Positions 57,505-64,000 of a stretch of 64,000 nucleotides of DNA are shown here, piece by piece. How positions within the stretch are numbered: the stretch's first letter is position 1; each line of letters starts with the position of its first letter. This stretch comes from a virus: positions 1 to 64,000 of the IMG/VR virus record IMGVR_UViG_3300030419_001484, one strand, 5' to 3'. The position numbers and the translations under genes were made by a program. The notes below the pieces were generated by a model. The model saw only the letters and a list, made by a program, of their open reading frames with translations. It did not search any database and was not told the origin of the DNA.

Positions 57505-59625
57505 ATGCAAAACTTTATGGGTATGGATGGTTTCGTCTGGTTTACTGGAGTCGTAGAAGATAGAGGTGACCCATCAAAACTTGGTCGTGTAAGAGTTCGT
57601 TGTGTAGGACATCATACAGACGATAAGAATAAAATACCAACAGCAGATCTGCCTTGGGCTCATGTCATGCACCCTGTTACAGACCCATCTATGAATGGTA
57701 TGGGTCATACTCCATCATTCATGGTTGAGGGAACATGGGTGATTGGTTTCTTTATGGATGCAGAAGATAAACAACAACCTGTTATTATAGGAACACTACC
57801 TGGCGTTCCAGATGAAAAACCCAACCCATCAAAAGGTTTTTATGACCCAAATGGTGTTTATCCCAAATCAGATTTCCTAGATGAGTCAGATACCAATCGT
57901 CTTGCAAGAGGTGAAACAGACAATACTATCGTCCCTTTGAAAAAGAGCAGTAGACTAAAAAATATAACACTCGCAGATGGAACAGAGTGGGATGAACCAG
58001 AAACAACTTATGATGCAAAATATCCAAGTAATCATGTGTTCGAGTCTGAAGCTGGACATATAGTAGAACTTGATGACACATCTGGTGCAGAGAGATTGCA
58101 TGAGTATTCTAGTTCTGGTACGTTCTATGAGATAGATAAAGATGGAAATAGACACGCAAGAGTTATTGGTGATAACAAAGAAATAATAAATGGCAGTAAC
58201 TTCAATTTTACACAAAAAGATTTCAACCTCACAGTCGCTGGAACTCTCAACATTAAATGTAAAAATTTAAATATAGAGGTTGAAGAAGATTACATAGATG
58301 AGATTGAGGGAGATAGAATAAGTTATATTCTAGGACAAAAGACTTTAGATATTACAGGTGCAGTTACAGAAAACTATGGTTCTACCATTACTCGTTCTGT
58401 AAGTGGTATCACAACAAACAATCATGATGCAAATGTTTTAAATTATATTGATGGTGACTTTGAAGTTCATACATCAGCTGCAGTTGATATATTTGCAAAG
58501 ACCACAGTAAATATTGATACTGCATCTTTTGATGTTGATGCAGAAACAGTTGCAACCATAACTTCTGCAACATCAACAATCAATGGTTCTACAGCTGCAA
58601 ATCTAAGAGGTGCGACTATAGATATAAGCGATACCTCTGTAGGATCTCCATCTGTTACTGACCCAACTGAACCTACAATTACAGAACCGACTGAACCAAC
58701 CATATTACTTTCAACACCATCGGCTGCAAACATTGGTGGTGGGTTAGAAGAAGAGCCGACTGACTTAACAACAGGACAAAAATTCAAATCAGAATCAGGC
58801 GCTCCCTTTGCTGGTTCTAATTCACAGGATAATGAATTTGATAACTCAGACCTAGACCCACCAACAAGTACAAGTTGTACAAGAAAAGATTTAGGAACAG
58901 TATCAGCACAGGAAGAATCAAATAAAGATGCTGGTGCGTTAGGTTGGGATAGTGGAGGAGGTTACTCATACGGAACATATCAAGTTGCATCTGGTAATGG
59001 TCGAACTGATATTGATGGGCCAAAAGGTTCGAGTATGGTTTCTTTTGCAAAATTTTTAAGAAATGAAAAGAATGGATACAGGGATTTTTATACGATACTT
59101 GGAGGTGACAATATTCCAAAGGATGCAGCTGCGAGTAATAATGCAACATTTGTTGGTCAAGGTGGAACTCCACCAGCAGGAACTTTTCAGAGAAAATGGA
59201 GTGACCTTGCCAAAGATCCAGTAAATGGTGAGAGGTTTAAACAAGCACAACATGATTGGGTACAAAGAACTCACTACGATAGAGCAGTTAGTAAAATTAA
59301 AAACTCAACAGGTATTGACCTTTGTGATAATTTTCATAGTTCTGGTATTCAAGATGCGATATGGAGTACGGCAGTTCAACATGGGCCTGGTGGTGCGAAT
59401 ACTATCTTTAAGGAAGCACTAAGAAAAACTGGAAAGACAATAGACACAGTTACAGATGAAGAATTGATTAATGCAATATATGATGAAAGAGAACTAAAAA
59501 TAAAAGAGGGTGGTTTAACATCAAGTGAGAAAACAGCAGTTTTAAATAGATACGATAGGGAAAGACCGAAGGCACTCGCATTAAATACTAATACTGAGTT
59601 CAATGTTACGTCTATCGGCCCATAG
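57505..59625 (+). CDS. 5: baseplate spike gp5 with C-terminal muramidase-like domain
   Basis: WFTGVVEDRGDP..GRVRVRC OB fold, LPWA, GHIVELDDT, beta-helix; C-terminal EES..SYGTYQ..WSTAVQHG. Confidence 0.88.
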   Translation: MQNFMGMDGFVWFTGVVEDRGDPSKLGRVRVRCVGHHTDDKNKIPTADLPWAHVMHPVTDPSMNGMGHTPSFMVEGTWVIGFFMDAEDKQQPVIIGTLPGVPDEKPNPSKGFYDPNGVYPKSDFLDESDTNRLARGETDNTIVPLKKSSRLKNITLADGTEWDEPETTYDAKYPSNHVFESEAGHIVELDDTSGAERLHEYSSSGTFYEIDKDGNRHARVIGDNKEIINGSNFNFTQKDFNLTVAGTLNIKCKNLNIEVEEDYIDEIEGDRISYILGQKTLDITGAVTENYGSTITRSVSGITTNNHDANVLNYIDGDFEVHTSAAVDIFAKTTVNIDTASFDVDAETVATITSATSTINGSTAANLRGATIDISDTSVGSPSVTDPTEPTITEPTEPTILLSTPSAANIGGGLEEEPTDLTTGQKFKSESGAPFAGSNSQDNEFDNSDLDPPTSTSCTRKDLGTVSAQEESNKDAGALGWDSGGGYSYGTYQVASGNGRTDIDGPKGSSMVSFAKFLRNEKNGYRDFYTILGGDNIPKDAAASNNATFVGQGGTPPAGTFQRKWSDLAKDPVNGERFKQAQHDWVQRTHYDRAVSKIKNSTGIDLCDNFHSSGIQDAIWSTAVQHGPGGANTIFKEALRKTGKTIDTVTDEELINAIYDERELKIKEGGLTSSEKTAVLNRYDRERPKALALNTNTEFNVTSIGP

Positions 59626-59659
59626 AGTATAAATAATATAAAATAAGGAGTCTATATAA

Positions 59660-60085
59660 ATGGGATTTTATGATGCACAAGCAAATAATACTGCAAGAGC
59701 AACACGACAGTATACAGATTTAGATTTATTTTTTGGAAAAAAATCATCTAATAATGATGTCAGACAAGTAACAGATGTTCAAGCAGTTAAGAGATCTATT
59801 CGTAATCTTGTGCAACTTAATACATACGAAAAACCTTTTCATCCAGAAATCTCTGGTGGTGTAAGAGAGTTATTGTTTGAACCTATGTCTCCAATTACAG
59901 CAGTTGTAGTCGCAAGAAAAATAGAAGATGTGATTAACAACTTTGAACCAAGAGCTCGTCTGGTTTCTGTTCGTTCAATACCAGACTTAGATCGTAATGC
60001 ATATGAAGTGTCAGTAGAATTTTATATTGTGAATGCTCCAACAGAACTTGTGGACTTCTCCATCATGTTAGAAAGATTACGATAA
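59660..60085 (+). CDS. 25: baseplate wedge protein gp25
   Basis: YTDLDL, AVKRSIRNL, EKPFHP, FEPR. Confidence 0.93.
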   Translation: MGFYDAQANNTARATRQYTDLDLFFGKKSSNNDVRQVTDVQAVKRSIRNLVQLNTYEKPFHPEISGGVRELLFEPMSPITAVVVARKIEDVINNFEPRARLVSVRSIPDLDRNAYEVSVEFYIVNAPTELVDFSIMLERLR

Positions 60086-62016
60086 TGGCAGTAAATGAAA
60101 AAAGACTCAATGTTACAGAATTTGATTTTGATGACATAAAAGATAATTTAAAAGTTTTTCTGAAAGGTCAATCAGAATTTAAAGACTATGATTTTGAGGG
60201 TTCTGGTATGAGTACGTTATTAGATGTGCTTGCATATAACACTCACTATCTAGGTTTTAATGCAAATATGTTAGCAAATGAAATGTTCCTTGATAGTGCA
60301 TCTCTTAGGTCAAGTGTTGTATCACACGCAAAGACTTTAGGGTATGAGGTGACTTCTGCAAGAGCTCCAATTGCAACAGTAAATGTTGCACTTACCACAA
60401 CAAGTTCTTCAAAAACAATGTCTGCTGGAACTGCGTTCTCCACTACAGTAGATGATGTGAGTTATCAGTTTGTCACTATTGCAGACGTAACTGAAACTAA
60501 CAGTGGTGGGTTTGTAACTTTTAATAACGTAAGTATATATGAGGGTACTTATCTAACTTCAAAGTACCTTGTCGATACATCTGATGCAGCTCAAAGATTT
60601 CTGTTACCAGATAGTCGTATAGATACATCAACATTAAAGGTACAAGTTCAAAACTCTGCATCTGATTCAACAGTTACAACTTACACTAAAGCGACAGACA
60701 TATCTCAACTATCTTCAACAAGTTCAGTTTATTATTTACAAGAAGTTGAAAATGGTAGACATGAAGTATACTTTGGTGATGGTAATGTTAGTAAAGCATT
60801 GTCTGATGGAAACATTGTTATATTTAATTATGTTGTTACAAACAAAACTGCATCTAATGGAGCATCATCTTTCTCTAGTCCGTCAACAATTGATGGTGTG
60901 AGTGACATTACAGTTACCACAGTTGCAGATGCATCTGGTGGGGCAGAACCAGAAAGTCTTGCATCTATAAAACTACAGGCACCACTTGATTATGCATCAC
61001 AAGGTCGTGCAGTTACCACAGACGATTATGTAACGTATACCAAAAAACTTTTTGCAAACACACAGGCCGTTTCTGTTTGGGGTGGAGAAGATGGTGGATA
61101 TGACCCAGCAACAGGTATCACCTCAGTTCCAGAATATGGTAAAGTTTTTATTTCTGTAAGAAGTACTACAGGACAAAATCTTACGGACACAGAGAAAACA
61201 CAATTAGTAAATGACTTTTCAAAATATAAAGTGGGGTCTATAACTCCTGTGATTGTTAATCCAGAAACAACATTCCTCATACTTGGTGTAACATTTCAGT
61301 ACAACTCAAACACAACAACAAAAACAAATACTGATTTAGAAACATTAGTTAATGCAACAATATCAGATTACAATACTGATAACCTAAAAGATTTTAACAG
61401 ACCATTTAGACACTCACAACTAACAGGTTTAATTGATGATACTGATACATCAATATTAAGTAACGTGACTACAGTTACACTTGCAAAGTTGATTACACCA
61501 ACAACAACAGCTGAAACTGCATACACACTAAGTTTTAACAATGCATTTTATAATCCACATTCTGGACATAAGGCGACTGATGGTGGTATAGTAGCATCAA
61601 CTGGTTTTTTTATAGATGGTGCATCTACAGAGTATTTCTTTGATGAAGATGGTGAAGGTAATCTTAGAATATATTATCTAGTTGCTGGTGTTCGAACATA
61701 TTATGATGCTCTTGCTGGAACAATAGATTATACTAATGGAATAATAAAAATCAATCCTGTAAAAATAACAAGTGTGTCTGATGTTGATGATTCTTCATCT
61801 ACACAGTTTAGATTAACAGTTATACCAAACTCCAACGATATCGTGCCTGTTAGAAATCAATTAATAGAACTTGATTTAACTAATACAACTGTAACTGGTT
61901 CTGTTGATACAACTGCAACCACAGGAAAAGGTTATACTGTAAAAACAACTGGAACAACAAGTACAACAACTGTAACTACGACTGCATCGACAACACCGAC
62001 CACATCTGGTTACTAA
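60085..62016 (+). CDS. 6: baseplate wedge protein gp6
   Basis: DYDFEGS, LAYNTHY, FLDSASLRSSVVSHAK, RAVTTDDY, WGGE. Confidence 0.95.
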   Translation: MAVNEKRLNVTEFDFDDIKDNLKVFLKGQSEFKDYDFEGSGMSTLLDVLAYNTHYLGFNANMLANEMFLDSASLRSSVVSHAKTLGYEVTSARAPIATVNVALTTTSSSKTMSAGTAFSTTVDDVSYQFVTIADVTETNSGGFVTFNNVSIYEGTYLTSKYLVDTSDAAQRFLLPDSRIDTSTLKVQVQNSASDSTVTTYTKATDISQLSSTSSVYYLQEVENGRHEVYFGDGNVSKALSDGNIVIFNYVVTNKTASNGASSFSSPSTIDGVSDITVTTVADASGGAEPESLASIKLQAPLDYASQGRAVTTDDYVTYTKKLFANTQAVSVWGGEDGGYDPATGITSVPEYGKVFISVRSTTGQNLTDTEKTQLVNDFSKYKVGSITPVIVNPETTFLILGVTFQYNSNTTTKTNTDLETLVNATISDYNTDNLKDFNRPFRHSQLTGLIDDTDTSILSNVTTVTLAKLITPTTTAETAYTLSFNNAFYNPHSGHKATDGGIVASTGFFIDGASTEYFFDEDGEGNLRIYYLVAGVRTYYDALAGTIDYTNGIIKINPVKITSVSDVDDSSSTQFRLTVIPNSNDIVPVRNQLIELDLTNTTVTGSVDTTATTGKGYTVKTTGTTSTTTVTTTASTTPTTSGY

Positions 62017-62026
62017 TGAGTAAACA

Positions 62027-64000
62027 ATGAGTAAGAATGAAACTAAACTTACCACTAAGGTATCCTCACTTATTTCTGGTCAAGTGCCTGAGTTTGTTGA
62101 ATCGGATCATTCTTTATTCGTAAAATTTTTAAAAGATTATTACAAATTTTTAGAAGCAGGACAATTAACTGTAACTGCAACTATACAAAATATAATTCAA
62201 GAAACAGTAACCACAAGTTACATCTTACAAGAGGATGGTGAAAGAACTCTTGCAGAAAGTTCATCTGGTAAGTTTATAAACGGAGAAACTATTACAGGTG
62301 GAACATCTAATGCGACTGCAACTGTTCTTATAGAAGATTCTAGAAATAGTCGCCTTTATATTACATCTCAACAATTATTCATAACAGGAGAAACCATAAC
62401 AGGTTCTACATCTAGTTCTACTGCGACTGTAGATGAGTATCGTGCAAACCCTGTTCAGAACATACAACAACTTCTTGAGTATGGTAATACAGATACAACT
62501 ATTCACGACTTTCTTGAAAAACTTAGATTATCATTTATGGCTGGAATACCTAACAGTCTTGCATCTGGAACATCAAAAAGAAATCTTATAAAAAATATAA
62601 AAGATTTATATGCGGCTAAAGGAACAAGTGAAGCAACTAAACTTTTTAGTAGATTGTTTCTAGGGGAAGAAGCTGGAGTTCTATATCCCAATCAATATAT
62701 TATGAAACCCTCACATGGTGACTTTAGACAAAAAACAGTTCTTAGAGCATCTGCTGATTCTGGTGTTTTTGGTAGTGAAGTTATAGGACAAGTTATCACT
62801 GGTGCATCATCTGGTGCAACTGCTGTTATTGAGGCAAGTGTTGATTTCCAACAAGCTGGTGTTGCTATATCAGAACTACAAATTGCAAACTTAGTTGGAA
62901 CATTTACTGATGGTGAGAAGTTTACTGCAACATCAACTACAAAAGATTTAGAGGTTGGGTTTACAATTAGAGCCATAGTATCTTCTGGAACTATAGTTAA
63001 TGATGGTATACTTCATGATGATAATGAGGATATAACATTAGAGTCAATCGGTAATGAAAATGCAACTGTAAAAGTTGGTGGAATTAAAAGAGGTTCAGTA
63101 AGTGGAGTTGAGATTGATGATGTAGGTCAGAAATATGAAGTTGGTGATGCTATTACTTTTACAGCGGTCAGTGCAGATACAGATGTTGAGTCTGCTGTAG
63201 GTTTTGTTAGTATGGTTGGTGGTGGTATCCAGTTAGAAACTGGAACACTGGACGACTCAAGTTTGACTGATGATGCAATTATATTGGAGTCTGGTTCAAC
63301 AACACACTTAGAACCTTTTAGTATTATACTTGAACAAATTACTACCGATACTTTTAAAGGTGATGGTGATACAACAGTATTCACTCTAACCAATCTAAGT
63401 ACAAGCACAGACTCAGACATAACAGTTTATCTTGACAATATAAAACAGACAACCACTAACAAAGATGGAACTACTAACTTTACACTGAGTGGAACAACAC
63501 TTACATTCACAACTGCACCAGAAGATAGAGCAAATATAAGACTTGAGGGTGCAGCCAATGATGCGTTAGTTTTGGATGGAACAAATTCATCATCTCTAGA
63601 TGCTGGACATAACATCACAACTGAAGAGGGTCTTGACTTTGAACAGAAAGATGCACATACAACATCTACAGACCAAATTGTTTTAGAGTTTGATACCTTT
63701 GAGAACTTAGGTGAAACAGCAGAGAATGGTTCTATACAAAAGATACACATATCTGATGGTGGTGGTTCTTACACAGATTTACCAACATTAGGTATTACAA
63801 CCACAACTGGTACAGGTGCAAAGATTGTTGGAGTTACAAATGACATAGGTGCGTTAACAGATATTAATATACAAGACTCTGGGTTTGCATACTCTGAATC
63901 TAATCCACCAGAAATGACACCACAAGCTCACTTTGTTCTGAAAGATGTAACAGGAACTTTTGCAAGTGGTAATACTTTAACAACTCATGTGGGAACAGTC
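62027..64000 (+). CDS. baseplate wedge initiator gp7-like, truncated by window end (not in ORF track)
   Basis: MSKNETKLTTKVSSLISGQVPEFV..FLKDYYKFLE..IKDLYAAKGT; follows gp6; frame not checked codon by codon to the end. Confidence 0.8.
   Translation, partial: MSKNETKLTTKVSSLISGQVPEFVESDHSLFVKFLKDYYKFLEAGQLTVTATIQNIIQETVTTSYILQEDGERTLAESSSGKFINGETITGGTSNATATVLIEDSRNSRLYITSQQLFITGETITGSTSSSTATVDEYRANPVQNIQQLLEYGNTDTTIHDFLEKLRLSFMAGIPNSLASGTSKRNLIKNIKDLYAAKGTSEATKLFSRLFLGEEAGVLYPNQYIMKPSHGDFRQKTVLRASADSGVFGSEVIGQVITGASSGATAVIEASVDFQQAGVAISELQIANLVGTFTDGEKFTATSTTKDLEVGFTIRAIVSSGTIVNDGILHDDNEDITLESIGNENATVKVGGIKRGSVSGVEIDDVGQKYEVGDAITFTAVSADTDVESAVGFVSMVGGGIQLETGTLDDSSLTDDAIILESGSTTHLEPFSIILEQITTDTFKGDGDTTVFTLTNLSTSTDSDITVYLDNIKQTTTNKDGTTNFTLSGTTLTFTTAPEDRANIRLEGAANDALVLDGTNSSSLDAGHNITTEEGLDFEQKDAHTTSTDQIVLEFDTFENLGETAENGSIQKIHISDGGGSYTDLPTLGITTTTGTGAKIVGVTNDIGALTDINIQDSGFAYSESNPPEMTPQAHFVLKDVTGTFASGNTLTTHVGTV

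Noticed and set aside
1301-63750. Numerous antisense ORFs in the track (e.g. 1812-2270, 32631-33170, 62503-63750)
   Set aside because: Shadow frames of well-supported genes on the opposite strand
1-64000. Stop-codon reassignment, reverse transcriptase/DGR, integrase or transposase
   Set aside because: Core genes translate intact with the standard code and no such motifs were seen

Overview
AT-rich (roughly one-third GC) segment of a marine T4-like myovirus genome. It contains virion/internal-protein genes, a spanin pair and lipase, gp61 primase, class II RNR, RNase H, PhoH, GH108 endolysin, gp33/gp59/gp32, tRNA-Thr and a baseplate/tail module (gp29-like, gp51, gp26, gp54, gp2, gp4, gp48, gp53, hub, then gp5, gp25, gp6, gp7). 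A ~17.6 kb accessory block splits that module. About 17 2OG-Fe(II)-type oxygenases are scattered through the window. The host is probably an alphaproteobacterium (permuted two-piece tmRNA with tag ANDDFAPVDYALAA, zf-CHCC protein, GANTC-bearing promoters). Most notable: (1) a permuted tmRNA whose 294-nt intervening segment carries a structured RNA and a small membrane-protein ORF, within a ~850-nt ncRNA cluster that also holds a manA-like RNA; (2) sigma70 promoters with a position-fixed CGAATCA/TGATTCG (GcrA/CcrM-type) site, plus IHF-consensus sites and MraZ-like boxes, suggesting phage transcription coupled to host cell-cycle regulators; (3) a probable -1 frameshift fusing gp26 to gp51; (4) candidate anti-Shine-Dalgarno RNAs alongside an unusual GAGAG leader class. 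All family calls come from motif recognition by eye; no database searches were run.
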